A stretch of 64,000 bases of DNA, taken from IMG/VR virus record IMGVR_UViG_3300032116_015700, positions 27,094 to 91,093 of that record. One strand, written 5' to 3'. The position numbers were made by a program, and so were the translations under genes. Each line of letters begins with the position of its first letter. Position 1 is the first letter of the stretch. The notes beneath the pieces are model-generated. The model was not told the DNA's origin and made no database searches. It was given only the letters and a program-made list of their open reading frames with translations. This document shows positions 9,001 to 19,700 of this stretch, piece after piece. The stretch is from a virus.

Positions 9001-12000
9001 TCCCCAGTTATTATATGCACCACCACCAAAATAAATTACGTTACCATCATAATAGTTAAGGTACAATTGATACCCACTACCAGCATCCAAATGTAAGTTA
9101 CCATTTGTAGATGCTACCGAAGGAGTACCACTATCAACTAACCCTTGTCTACCATCAGTACCAACATAAAGATACGCTCCCCAAGTTGGATTTGGGCCAA
9201 ACAAAATACCACCACGCATTCTTCCTGCGGATTGGGAAGTTGAATTAGGGTCTATATAATAACCACTATCATTTGCATCATAGAATATAGTTCCATAAAC
9301 CGAACCACCAAAGTATGCAATAGGACTACCACTTTCTCTACCTATGTAAGCAAATTGGTTATTACCAGAGGTATTATCCATAAATCTTACATAAGAGTTG
9401 TTGTTATTATCATTTGAGTCAACCCTTAAAATAATATCATTAAATGAGTTTATACTTATTGAATCACTAAACGAACCATTTAAATCAGTAGATGCAATAC
9501 CATGATAATAATATAAATCATAACTAGCGTTCCAGTCAAATGAAATGTATGCCATTCTAGTTAGATACGCACTATATGTTCCGTAAGTTCCCCAAATTGA
9601 ATATTCAGAACCAACTCTAAACGAACCCTGTGCTCTTATATACGAATCAACATAAACATTTCTACCACCACTAGAACGAATCCAAGTACTATCTTGCATA
9701 TACCATCCGCCACCCCAACCAAATCTAAGCTCCTCATCTTTAAGGAAGGTTGATGTACCTCTACCAAATACAATTGCATCGTTATTACCTAACAATTGTA
9801 CTGAACCATTTATGAATAATCTATTATTAGTTATACTACCAACAGTTGCTGAGTTGTCTGATGCGGTGTATGAAAAATCCGATGTTGATATACCAACTCT
9901 TTCAGATGAATCAGAATATAGGACTAAGTTTCCACCATATCCAGTTCTGTTAAATTCAAATCCGTTTAAGTTCCATATTTGTCTTCCACCACTCGCATAT
10001 GTTCTCGTCTGCCAACTTCCTAATGAACCATTACTATGTCCAAAGTAAATAAAATTAGCACCGGTGATACCCATATCACCATTTACATTTATACCAGAAA
10101 CATCCCATGCTGCTCCTGAAGAACCAACAGCTAATTGTTGTAGTCTTGATTGTCCATCACCATCTATACGATATGCTGAGTTTGCTAAATCATAGAAAAT
10201 ATATGTTTGAAGATAGTTGTTGTATATACCCCAACCATCAACTCTTACGTTCAAATCACCACTGTCCGAACTCATGCGGAATTCTCCAGCAGCTCCATAC
10301 ATTCCTATTCCAGTATATCCCCAATCATTATATCCAAATCTTAATCTACCACCATATGAACTACCATTCCAATAAGGAATTGTTACTGATTGTTTAAATT
10401 CTTCATGAGTTGCCTCTCTAATTCTTGGTGCATAAAAATATGTTTTACTTCCGTTCACACCACCATAACAAGTACCAAATCTCATTTGTACTCTACGAGT
10501 TGATGAGTGCATTACACCATCTGCATTTGAGTTTGTATTATCAATTACATTTGATGATGTTGATGCGTATCTATCTACCCCTTCCGTATTTCCTTGAGGT
10601 GATGGAGTTCTCCAGCTTCTAAATTTATGAACTAATTTAACCCATGTACCACCAGTATTTAATGGTGATGTATGGAAATACGGATTTGAACTTATACCCG
10701 TACCATCAGTCCTTTGCTCATTCCATCCAACATAAAGGTTATCATTACCTGTACTTCTTACCCATACGATGAATTCATAATCTTTTTCAGCATTAACTTC
10801 TACCCATTCGGTAGTGTACCATTGATAACAACCTGAAGGGTTACCATTACCGGTAGAAACGTGCGCTTGAACAACTGTGCCATCAATGAATGTAATTGCT
10901 TCATATATACCACTACCATTTACACCAACATCCGTACTTCTTACGTTTAGTGTTGCACCACCTAAATTTTGTGGATATACAGTATTAAGTCTTGAAGAGC
11001 CTGCTGGGTCTAAATAATAGTATGTATCATTATAATCATAATAAATTGGTGAACGCATATCGGTTACACCATAAACTCTATTATAGAATATTTCACTACC
11101 ATTTAAGTAATATGTACTTTGATTATTAAGGAACATATTACCATTTACTTCCTTTCTAATATCCCAACTTGCCCAAGCTCCATTTAAAAATCCGTAGTTA
11201 GCACCAGTACCGTAAATTTGTACTTTATAACTACCACCACTATTTTGTAATAATAATCCTACATCAGAGTTATTATTCTGACTTCTGATTGCAATATTAG
11301 AACCATTGTTTGATGTATAATAATGTCCAGCAATTGTTGCGTTAGCAAATGTTGGTGAGTCAGTTGTTCTTACATCCTGATTCATATTTGCTGCATAAGG
11401 ATACGATGTTGTATCCATTATACGTTTCCACGCACCCCAAGATGTACTTGAACCATATCTCAACCACATATTACCATTATCCGTAAATCCTAATTCATTT
11501 GCTCCGCCGCCACTCCAATCAGTAGTTGAACCATATTTTCTAAAGTACATTACGCCATTGTAAGTACCACCATCATTTAATCCATTTGTAGAATTTTGTT
11601 TGAAATCAAATCTAACGCCCTGATTTGCGTTTTGTGTTTGTGGTGTACTAGCTGTTGCTCTTGTATCTTGTACATTTATAAATGTTGCAGTTGTTGCAGT
11701 TGTTGCATTTCCAGATAAACTACCAACAAAAGTATTTGCTGTTACTTGATTAAAAGTTACATTATCAGTAGTACGCAGATTTTGGTTCATTAAGTAAACC
11801 TCTGTAGCTCCTTGACCGGTATCAATAGTACCTGTAAGAACCACATTACCATTTACATATAAAGTATTATCCGCTGTCCATCTATCATTTGATTCATCCC
11901 AATAAAACGAAACAGTTGCTGAAGAACCTCTCCTTACTTCAATACCAGCATTTTCAGTTGGTGCACCTGAAGTAAAGTTTGAGTTTAACGTTATAATATT

Positions 12001-14670
12001 ATCAGCAAGATTTATTGTTTCGGTATTAATTGTAGTTGTTGTACCACTTACAGTTAAGTTACCAGTAATTGTTGCATTACCAGTCACTGTCAATAATGTA
12101 CCATCAAAAGTTAAATTACTTTCAACAGTACCATTTGGTGCACTTCCATTTAATGTGATTACACCATTATCAGTTGTACCAGTTAATGCTAATAAACCAG
12201 ATGAACCACCACTACCTGAAGTTCCTGCAGTTCCACCACTACCCGATGTACCCGATGTGCCACCACTACCAGAAGTACCAGATGTACCACCACTTCCTGC
12301 GGTGCCTCTTGTACCAGATGAACCACCACTACCTGCAGTTCCAGATGAACCACCGCTACCCGATGTGCCGGCAGTACCACCACTTCCTGCACTACCGGAT
12401 GTGCCTCCGCTACCAGCAGTACCAGATGAACCTCCACTACCTGCAGTTCCAGATGAACCACCGCTACCCGATGTACCAGAAGAACCTCCACTACCTGCAG
12501 TTCCAGCAGAACCAGATGTACCTCCACTACCAGATGAGCCAGCAGAGCCACTTGTTCCTGCTGAACCAGAACTTCCCGAAGAACCTGCTGAACCAGATGT
12601 ACCCGAAGTACCACTATCTCCTGTTCTTACAAAATCAAGAACCAATTGTGCGTTATTTGAAGGAAGTGTACCACTTACATAAGAAACAGGAATTTTAAAA
12701 TAGCCTGATGCGTTTGTTACCGCGCCATTAACTAAAAATATATTATTAACAGTACCACTATCTCTTGAAGATAATACTACATATCCTCTAGCTCCTAATG
12801 TTGTACTATCATCCCATGTATTAAGCCATGCTAATTGGTTATTGCCATTTTGGTCTAAAATATCAATATAGATAAATGTTACTGAACCGATTGTTGCATT
12901 ATTATACTGAACCTTACCATTACCAGGATCAGTATCAGTTATTATTGTACTAAAATCATACTTGATACCACCACTTTGTCCACTTGTACCACCACTACCA
13001 GCAGTTCCTGCTGAACCAGATGTACCAGATGTGCCGGCACTTCCAGAAGTACCTGTTGTACCAGATGAGCCGGTTGTACCTGAAGTGCCTCCACTTCCAG
13101 ATGTACCCGAACTACCACCAGAACCAGAACTACCACTTAAACCCGATGAACCTGCTGAGCCGGATGTACCCGCAGTGCCTCCACTACCAGATGTGCCAGA
13201 ACTACCAGATGTACCTGATGTACCTCCACTACCTGAAGAACCTGCACTACCACCTGCTCCTGTAATACCAGAAGAACCCGTTGAACCGGATGTGCCAGAA
13301 CTACCTGAACTGCCTGATGTTCCTGATGTTGATGAAGAACCCGAAGAACCGGATGTACCTGCACTACCACCTGCGCCTGAAATGCCAGATGTACCTCCAC
13401 TACCTGCTGTACCAGCACTACCTCCGGTACCAGATGAACCATTTGTACCAGAACTACCTGATGAGCCAGAAATACCGGATGAACCCGTTGTACCAGAAGA
13501 ACCTGTGCTTCCCGAAGAACCACCACTACCTGCAGTACCCGTTGTACCTGCCGAGCCGGTTGTACCAGATGAACCGGTTGTACCAGATGAACCCGAACTA
13601 CCAGAACTTCCTGATGAACCCGAACTACCTGAAGAACCAGAAGTTCCTCCGCTACCCGATGTACCACCGGAACCAGATGTGCCTCCTGAACCAGAAGTAC
13701 CACCGGAACCAGAAGTTCCTCCACTACCAGAAGTACCTGATGTACCTCCGGATCCAGAACTACCTGAACTACCACCACTACCAGATGTACCAGATGTACC
13801 ACCACTACCCGAAGTTCCTGAAGAACCCGAGCTACCAGATGTGCCACTTGTACCACCACTACCAGAACTACCTGAACTACCACCACTACCTGATGTACCA
13901 GAGCTGCCGCTTGAACCAGAAGAACCTGATGAGCCTCCACTACCTGATGTGCCAGAAGTACCAGATGTACCAGATGTTGCTGCTGCAAATCTTCTACCTA
14001 CTCTGCCTGTTGTTAAGTTTACAACTAAAACTTCATTCGTTGTATTATCAGTAGGTATTGTATCACCAGTAACTCCTATTGAGCCACTTACTGAAAGTGA
14101 ACCTGTAATTTCTTGTCTATCTGATGTTGCATCACCAAATTTATTTGAACCACTTGCATAGATAATTGATGATGATATGAATGTTGTATGTAATTCGGTT
14201 GTAGTAATTTTTCCACCAACTACTAAATTATTTGCAATTGTTGCATTACTACCAATTGTTGCACTTCCACTTACTATTAAAAAATTATCAATAGAAACAC
14301 CAGTGTTTACAATCAAACCTTTATTTGGTGAAATATTTGCAATTGCTGAACCAGACTTTAGTTGATTCAAATCCCCAATTGCAGATGCATTAATATTAAA
14401 TAATCCACCACCATCGCCTCTAAATAAAGAAGCCGATATTGATGATGAAATATTTAAAGAACCGGTAATTTGTACATTACCTAAAATTTGTATCGGAGAA
14501 TTAGATTGTGATACAATTAAATTTGTTTGTACACCAGAAGCACTAAAACTACCAACTATACTCACCGATGCAGATGAAAAGTCAGCAATTTTACTTCCAC
14601 TTACAAATAATCCAATTAAGGATGAACTTAATTGATTTAAACCATTAGGACTTTTACCTAAATACTCCAT
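6052..14670 (-). CDS. Long tail fibre with Gly-X-Y tracts and a C-terminal S74 intramolecular chaperone
   Basis: C-terminal SDRRLKDNV...GFIAQEV...coiled coil (S74 autochaperone); two GSS/GTS tracts; eight YD-x-N-x-x-YY-x-DP junction motifs. Confidence 0.85.
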   Translation of the reverse strand: MEYLGKSPNGLNQLSSSLIGLFVSGSKIADFSSASVSIVGSFSASGVQTNLIVSQSNSPIQILGNVQITGSLNISSSISASLFRGDGGGLFNINASAIGDLNQLKSGSAIANISPNKGLIVNTGVSIDNFLIVSGSATIGSNATIANNLVVGGKITTTELHTTFISSSIIYASGSNKFGDATSDRQEITGSLSVSGSIGVTGDTIPTDNTTNEVLVVNLTTGRVGRRFAAATSGTSGTSGTSGSGGSSGSSGSSGSSGTSGSGGSSGSSGSGGTSGTSGSSGSSGTSGSGGTSGTSGSGGSSGSSGSGGTSGTSGSGGTSGSGGTSGSGGTSGSGGTSGSGGTSGSSGSSGSSGSSGSSGSSGTTGSSGTTGSAGTTGTAGSGGSSGSTGSSGTTGSSGISGSSGSSGTNGSSGTGGSAGTAGSGGTSGISGAGGSAGTSGSSGSSSTSGTSGSSGSSGTSGSTGSSGITGAGGSAGSSGSGGTSGTSGSSGTSGSGGTAGTSGSAGSSGLSGSSGSGGSSGTSGSGGTSGTTGSSGTTGTSGSAGTSGTSGSAGTAGSGGTSGQSGGIKYDFSTIITDTDPGNGKVQYNNATIGSVTFIYIDILDQNGNNQLAWLNTWDDSTTLGARGYVVLSSRDSGTVNNIFLVNGAVTNASGYFKIPVSYVSGTLPSNNAQLVLDFVRTGDSGTSGTSGSAGSSGSSGSAGTSGSAGSSGSGGTSGSAGTAGSGGSSGTSGSGGSSGTAGSGGSSGTAGSGGTSGSAGSGGTAGTSGSGGSSGTAGSGGSSGTRGTAGSGGTSGTSGSGGTSGTSGSGGTAGTSGSGGSSGLLALTGTTDNGVITLNGSAPNGTVESNLTFDGTLLTVTGNATITGNLTVSGTTTTINTETINLADNIITLNSNFTSGAPTENAGIEVRRGSSATVSFYWDESNDRWTADNTLYVNGNVVLTGTIDTGQGATEVYLMNQNLRTTDNVTFNQVTANTFVGSLSGNATTATTATFINVQDTRATASTPQTQNANQGVRFDFKQNSTNGLNDGGTYNGVMYFRKYGSTTDWSGGGANELGFTDNGNMWLRYGSSTSWGAWKRIMDTTSYPYAANMNQDVRTTDSPTFANATIAGHYYTSNNGSNIAIRSQNNNSDVGLLLQNSGGSYKVQIYGTGANYGFLNGAWASWDIRKEVNGNMFLNNQSTYYLNGSEIFYNRVYGVTDMRSPIYYDYNDTYYYLDPAGSSRLNTVYPQNLGGATLNVRSTDVGVNGSGIYEAITFIDGTVVQAHVSTGNGNPSGCYQWYTTEWVEVNAEKDYEFIVWVRSTGNDNLYVGWNEQRTDGTGISSNPYFHTSPLNTGGTWVKLVHKFRSWRTPSPQGNTEGVDRYASTSSNVIDNTNSNADGVMHSSTRRVQMRFGTCYGGVNGSKTYFYAPRIREATHEEFKQSVTIPYWNGSSYGGRLRFGYNDWGYTGIGMYGAAGEFRMSSDSGDLNVRVDGWGIYNNYLQTYIFYDLANSAYRIDGDGQSRLQQLAVGSSGAAWDVSGINVNGDMGITGANFIYFGHSNGSLGSWQTRTYASGGRQIWNLNGFEFNRTGYGGNLVLYSDSSERVGISTSDFSYTASDNSATVGSITNNRLFINGSVQLLGNNDAIVFGRGTSTFLKDEELRFGWGGGWYMQDSTWIRSSGGRNVYVDSYIRAQGSFRVGSEYSIWGTYGTYSAYLTRMAYISFDWNASYDLYYYHGIASTDLNGSFSDSISINSFNDIILRVDSNDNNNNSYVRFMDNTSGNNQFAYIGRESGSPIAYFGGSVYGTIFYDANDSGYYIDPNSTSQSAGRMRGGILFGPNPTWGAYLYVGTDGRQGLVDSGTPSVASTNGNLHLDAGSGYQLYLNYYDGNVIYFGGGAYNNWGEFSSGIFYAYNQMRSPIFYDYNNTGYYVDPNGNSNIYSLTSGYFYVNGYGYDTSNSDQWPYIYWLRAGSWDEGLIKHSTSRGYWGREGFGIHMSSSKSFSILTSGWTGVAQFHPDGHLWVRDQMRAGIYYDANDTTYYVNPAGDSRFSGIYLSGISSSSNGIYFYGVVGDNPGSYNHTALIERIWRNGDESELLLFKGNDPDTSTIHDRLRVAATGRIVFHSTATYGNVNDYISAAGTGNIEGSGYFYGGEFHVPGNIQTPIMYDRNNSGYFVDPAGRSRLSSMDYGNGGYYLAGGSWGYRHNTPYGYIEFGPANSSHAHIYTDRSNFYYNVYEMYLNGYRVAMYNWWVGNMYLGSGGDFYATIFYDSNNSGYYINPDGGSSMNQVTTNNLYIRPGYMLHSDPGGWTGEHYKLQWHSSHMYGQIYGNGYFIMRYGSDGLESHQFARDGNYWNRYMGWMSNYINQNVRTDAGPTFQEVYVNGWFRNNTSGHGLYNQNRGMHWYSNNGYWKSAGGGYGYGGIVMYNNYESDLRGYAGYWDGSGFGMLNSSGNWQIRIEYGNAHMELYRVTWANDMRAYIFYDRGDTGYYMDPNSRSQWLGLENRGKGNISLTGRSNWRRPQDYTGDVYYWTGNMGWGTTDFNWVMDWGSGDIDTWSNPANQPPGTSHWVGVQSYHYTWSYNSGYGWQLVGGPVDRLWFRNSWPNNSGWKAQVDSNNRGEYCIPTYDYNHYSRVYFTYNRGYYATQTDSAMCQPYSTGNNGAFMSFHKGGYYALNLGLDGDNVVRWGGWSSRWQRYYLNDDTIGTPYVVRANFDNYGGGGMWVSDDGDLADVNDGYLSLRASYGLRIFSGNRGGGANINLRYDGVIIASNNIIAYGSPSDRRLKDNVKFYENALEKVLKLRGVEFDWKEGTDEYETTGLRHDIGFIAQEVEDIEPLLVRADEAGYLAIRDRAMPALLVNAMKEQQAQIEELKAKVKMLEEKLGLG
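12196..12624 (-). repeat. Gly-X-Y (GSS/GTS/GSG/GTA) tract 2 of the 2872-aa fibre, ~140 aa
   Basis: Gly at every third residue; synonymous codons vary. Confidence 0.9.
12968..13977 (-). repeat. Gly-X-Y tract 1 of the 2872-aa fibre, ~335 aa
   Basis: Gly at every third residue; X/Y almost only S, T, G, A. Confidence 0.9.
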
Positions 14671-14682
14671 TCATTACAACTT

Positions 14683-15015
14683 TTATGTTATCTCCAATAC
14701 CGAAACAATTACATCCGCTGAACTAGCTAATGATGATGTTACTGAAAGAAAATCTCCAGTCTCCAATACTAATTTTTGTTCACCACCAACTAATACGTTA
14801 GAACTACCAGGTAAAATTAATGAATCCTTTACTAAATACGCTGTTTTATTGGAAGAACTATCTCTTACCATCACACTAACAGAAATATTTTGAGAATTTA
14901 CATTTGCTACACCAACTCCAATTACGGTTGTTGATGTGTTTGCAGGTGTTGTATAAACTGTCACACCTGTTGTTCCAATTGAACCTGTAATACTATTTTT
15001 AAAAGCGTTTGCCAT
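14683..15015 (-). CDS. Small beta-sandwich fibre adaptor
   Basis: MANAFKN...VYTTPA...KLVLETGD...SVLEIT; lies between an AIAFAIALG-ending gene and an M-x-YLG-x-x-P-starting fibre; paralog of 27325-28257. Confidence 0.6.
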   Translation of the reverse strand: MANAFKNSITGSIGTTGVTVYTTPANTSTTVIGVGVANVNSQNISVSVMVRDSSSNKTAYLVKDSLILPGSSNVLVGGEQKLVLETGDFLSVTSSLASSADVIVSVLEIT

Positions 15016-15026
15016 TTATTCTAATT

Positions 15027-15308
15027 TTATCCTAAAGCTATTGCAAATGCAATTGCTGAATCTAAAACATTTACTCCATCTACTAAATATCCTCCAGCAG
15101 TTAAATTCATAGAACCTGTCATTCTAATTGAACCACTAACTGATAAACTATTATTTACAACAAGATTATCAAATGATGCTTGTTGTACATCAATAGTACC
15201 TTTAAAAGAACCCGTCACCGAACCAGTAAACGAACCACTCAAATCCGCATATGCGTTATTTCTATCTTGAATGATTGAACCTGAAAATATGGGGCTGTGA
15301 ATTACCAT
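15027..15308 (-). CDS. Short fibre connector protein
   Basis: SGS/TGS-rich, ends AIAFAIALG; promoter motif at 15335-15342. Confidence 0.55.
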   Translation of the reverse strand: MVIHSPIFSGSIIQDRNNAYADLSGSFTGSVTGSFKGTIDVQQASFDNLVVNNSLSVSGSIRMTGSMNLTAGGYLVDGVNVLDSAIAFAIALG

Positions 15309-15356
15309 TTTACCTTAATTATTAAACTTATAGGTATAAATATAAAACAATCCCAA

Positions 15357-15800
15357 TTAAGGTTTTACCGGCCATACTATATTAAAAGGGGTTGTTTGTG
15401 TTGTCACATCTCTTAACTGTTGTCTATACGATTGCCAAATTGTTTTAGTTTCATTTGGAATATCAGCTAATTGTGTCCAATCACATTCTATTAATAATTC
15501 GTTTCTAATTTGTCTAATTTCTTCCCACTTAATTTCTATTCTATTATCTATCTCACTTTGCGAGGCGTTGGTTTGAACCCAATTTTGATAATAAACACCA
15601 TCTACTAATATTGGTGTTCCTTCGGTAATATTTTTTGTATAATCATTTGGTTTTGGGGTTTGTCTTACTTCAAATATATTATATTCATTCATTACCGATT
15701 CCGTCATCTCTGATGGGAAACTGATTCGCGGATTATCTTCTCTTAATTGTTTTAAAGAGTAAGGATATGTTGTTTCATTATTTACAATTCTTAAATACAT
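15357..15800 (-). CDS. Tail fibre assembly chaperone
   Basis: IRQIRNELLIECDWTQLAD...W-x-x-YRQQLRD...WPVKP signature. Confidence 0.8.
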   Translation of the reverse strand: MYLRIVNNETTYPYSLKQLREDNPRISFPSEMTESVMNEYNIFEVRQTPKPNDYTKNITEGTPILVDGVYYQNWVQTNASQSEIDNRIEIKWEEIRQIRNELLIECDWTQLADIPNETKTIWQSYRQQLRDVTTQTTPFNIVWPVKP

Positions 15801-15802
15801 AA

Positions 15803-16702
15803 TTACTTAAAGTTTAATGGAATTGAAGCAAAATTAGATAAACCTGTGCAGTTATTAAAACAATCAACTCCCGATGGTGTTGGTACTCTATTCCAAAGTT
15901 CTGGTGCTGTACCTGTTAAAGAATTTGTAGTTGTACTCATATTGTAACAACTATTAAAAATTGTTACAGAAGTATTAAAGGTAAATTGTAAAACGTTTGT
16001 TAATGATAAACAGTTTCTAAATGTACCCGAAAAGTTTGTTGCTAATGTGTTTTGGTCAAATAATGTTGATGGTACTGATGTTAAACCGGTACACGCAAAA
16101 AAGCAAGAAGAAAATATAGTTGCACTTGTATTTGCATCAAATAATCCCGAAGGCACTGTTGATAACGTTGGTATGGATGAAAACGTATCCGAAAATGTTG
16201 TTGCTAAAGGAGAGAATGCAAATATATCCGAAGGTATCGTTGTTATACGTGTGGCTCTCATAAAATTTGCAAATGAACGCATTTCATTTAAGCCATCGTA
16301 GCCACCAACTGCACTCATACTTGCACTTGAAGGTATAGATGTAATATTTACACATCCATAAAAATTTATAGTTCTAGAACCAACACTACCCCATTGAACA
16401 ATCGCTGTTATTAAATTTCTAATTGATGCCGAATTATTTACTGTAAAGCCAGGCATTAATCCGCTAATTGTAATTGTATATGTTCCAGCAGAAACATAAG
16501 TATGAATTCTTGCTACCGAAGAAGAAGAAGTTATTAAACCAGAATTAGAACCATCTCCCCAATCTATATTAAGATTTGGAGAAAGACCTCCAAAATCAGA
16601 TAATGGACAAGTAAAAACGGTGTTTGCCGCTGTTGTTGTTACTTGAAATTTAAAAGGAAACGTTTCTTCTCCCGTTGGTATTAATTTTCTTGCTATACTC
16701 AT
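15803..16702 (-). CDS. PKD-like plus BspA-type leucine-rich-repeat protein, putative adhesin
   Basis: IDWGDGS...HTYVSAGTYTITI, then repeats ITTIPSDIF, LSTVPSGLF, LTSVPSTLF with F-x-x-C-x-x-L. Confidence 0.65.
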   Translation of the reverse strand: MSIARKLIPTGEETFPFKFQVTTTAANTVFTCPLSDFGGLSPNLNIDWGDGSNSGLITSSSSVARIHTYVSAGTYTITISGLMPGFTVNNSASIRNLITAIVQWGSVGSRTINFYGCVNITSIPSSASMSAVGGYDGLNEMRSFANFMRATRITTIPSDIFAFSPLATTFSDTFSSIPTLSTVPSGLFDANTSATIFSSCFFACTGLTSVPSTLFDQNTLATNFSGTFRNCLSLTNVLQFTFNTSVTIFNSCYNMSTTTNSLTGTAPELWNRVPTPSGVDCFNNCTGLSNFASIPLNFK

Positions 16703-16713
16703 AACTCTAATTA

Positions 16714-19700
16714 TTAACTAATATTTTTTCCTACTACAAATCCGTAATATGTTGTACCACCATTAAATGTAAAGAATGTTAATACATCCGTACCGGCTGA
16801 TGTTAATACAGGTGCTGTACCACCTGGCCAATCAACACTTGCTGGCCATGTTATAGCAAATGCTCCCGCATTTACTGTTGTTAAAGTAAATCCAAACGCG
16901 TTTGAAGCAGGTGGATTACTAAATGCTATTGTTGCGGCTCCATTAAATTGTCTTCTAAAGTTATTACCGGTTGAAAGGTCAATTGTTACACTTCCACCAG
17001 TTCCTTGGTCTGCATAAGTTTCTCTAAATGTTGTTGCTGATATGAAAGTACTTGCAGCAATTGAAGTTGTTACTGTCACATTTCCGGTAATAGCCAATGT
17101 ACTACCATTGAATGTCATATTATCTTCAACTCTTACATTCGGAGGTGTTCCTTCTAATGTTAATACACCATTATCAAGCGTACCACTAAATGATGCGAAT
17201 CCAGAAGTACCATTTGTACCATTTACACCAGAACTACCGTTTGTCCCCGATGTTACTCCTAATGCTGAAGTACCAGACGTTCCACTTACACCAGCACTAC
17301 CCGATGTACCAGATGAAATTCCTGGTGTTGATGTGCCCGAAGAACCCGATGTTCCACTAAATCCATCAGTACCAGATGTACCAGAAGTAAAGCCTGGAGG
17401 AGTTGTTCCTGAAGTACCTGATGTACCTGCGTCTCCTTGCGAACCTTGTGCTCCAGATGTACCAGAAGTTCCACTACTTCCAAAGAATGTACCATTTAGA
17501 CCAGAACTACCAGAAGTGCCAGATGTACCATCGGTACCTGTACTACCAGAGCTTCCAGCTGAACCATTTGTTCCATTTACACCCGAAGTGCCATTTGAAC
17601 CAGAGCTTCCTGCAGTTCCACTACTTCCAAAGAATGTACCATTTAGACCAGAGGAACCCGAACTACCAGATGTTCCATCAGTACCACTTACTCCAGAACT
17701 ACCTGCGGTGCCAGTTGAGCCTGAACTACCCGATGTTCCACTACTTCCAAAGAATGTACCATTTAATCCACTGCTACCTGAACTACCTGAAGTACCAGAT
17801 GTTCCACCGGTTCCGTCCAATCCAGATGAACCTGCGGTACCTGTACTACCCGAACTTCCTGCGGTACCAGATGAACCAAAGAATGTACCATTTAATCCTG
17901 AACTACCAGAAGAACCTGATGAACCAGCTGAGCCAGTTGTACCTCCACTACCAGATGTACCCGATTCGCCTGAAGAACCAGAAGAACCCGATGAACCACT
18001 ACTACCAAAGAATGTACCATTTAGACCAGAACTACCTGAAGAACCCGAACTTCCACTTATACCCGATGTACCGTCTACGCCACTTGTCCCTCCGGTGCCC
18101 GATGTACCTGTGGTACCAGATGAACCAAAATAAGTTCCATCTAAACCAGATGTACCTCCACTACCCGAAGTGCCATCAGTACCAGAGAGCCCGCTAGAGC
18201 CTGAAGTTCCATCTAATCCAGATGAACCTGCAGTACCAGTGGTACCGTTTGTACCCGATGTACCCGAACTTCCAAAATATGTACCATCTAAACCAGATGT
18301 ACCTGCTGAGCCAGTTGTACCATCCGAGCCGCTACTACCAGAGCTTCCTCCACTACCAGATGAACCAGAACTACCCGAACTTCCCGATGTACCTGATGAA
18401 CCAAAGAACGTTCCATTCAAACCAGAAGAACCGGATGAGCCAGAACTACCAGATGTACCGGATGTGCCTCCACTTCCACTACTACCATCGGTACCAGATG
18501 AGCCGGATGTGCCACTACTTCCATCTATACCACTCGTACCATCAGAACCAGTTGTACCAGATGAGCCCGTTGTTCCTGAACTACCAGATGAACCTGCACT
18601 ACCCGATGAACCTGCTGAACCAGATGAGCCATCAGTACCGCTACTACCATCACTGCCAGAGGTGCCCGAAGTACCTTCAGAGCCGGTTGTACCAGAAGAC
18701 CCGGTTGTACCAGATGAACCTGATGTTGATGATGAACCCGATGAACCCGAACTACCTGAGCTTCCACTTGTACCATCAATTCCACTTGTGCCATCAGAGC
18801 CAGTTGTACCGGATGAACCCGTTGTGCCACTGCTACCTGCGGTGCCAGAACTTCCTCCCGAGCCGGAACTACCATCAGTACCCGAAGAACCTGCAGTTCC
18901 AGAGGAACCAGAACTACCCGATGAACCTGATGTACCCGAACTTCCTGAACTTCCTGATGAACCTGAGCTGCCCGCTGAACCGCTACTACCATCAGTACCA
19001 GATGAACCATCACTTCCGCTTGTACCAGAACTACCCGAACTTCCTGAACTTCCTGATGAACCAGATGTGCCAGATGTACCCGATGTACCGGATGTGCCAT
19101 CAACACCTGAAGAACCTGCAGTACCAGAGCTTCCAGATGTACCCGAAGAACCTGTTGTACCAGATGAACCCGTTGTGCCTGAGCTGCCACTAGTACCACT
19201 ACTACCAGATGTTCCTGAACTTCCAGAACTACCAGATGAACCTGATGAACCTGTGGTACCAGAACTTCCACTTGAGCCAGAACTACCCGAACTACCAGAT
19301 GTTCCCGATGTGCCATCTACTCCGCTTGTTCCTGAACTTCCTGAAGTACCTGCTGAACCCGTAGTACCAGATGAGCCGGAACTTCCTGAGGTGCCACTTG
19401 TACCGGATGTGCCCGATGTGCCTCCACTACCTGAAGTACCTGATGTGCCCGCTTCACCACTACTACCTGAAGTTCCCGAAGTACCAGATGTACCATCTGA
19501 ACCAGATGTTCCCGATGAGCCTCCACTACCAGAACTACCACTTGTGCCGCTTGTACCAGATGTACCACCCGTACCTGCAGTTGCAGATGAACCAGAACTT
19601 CCTGATGTACCAGAACTTCCTGAGGTGCCAGATGAGCCTCCGGTACCAGTTGTACCTGATGTGCCTGCAGTACCTCCTGAACCAGAAGTACCTCCACTAC

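Noticed and set aside
6052-16702. Diversity-generating retroelement or invertase shufflon acting on fibre tips
   Set aside because: No reverse transcriptase, recombinase, template/variable repeat pair or inverted cassette seen in this window
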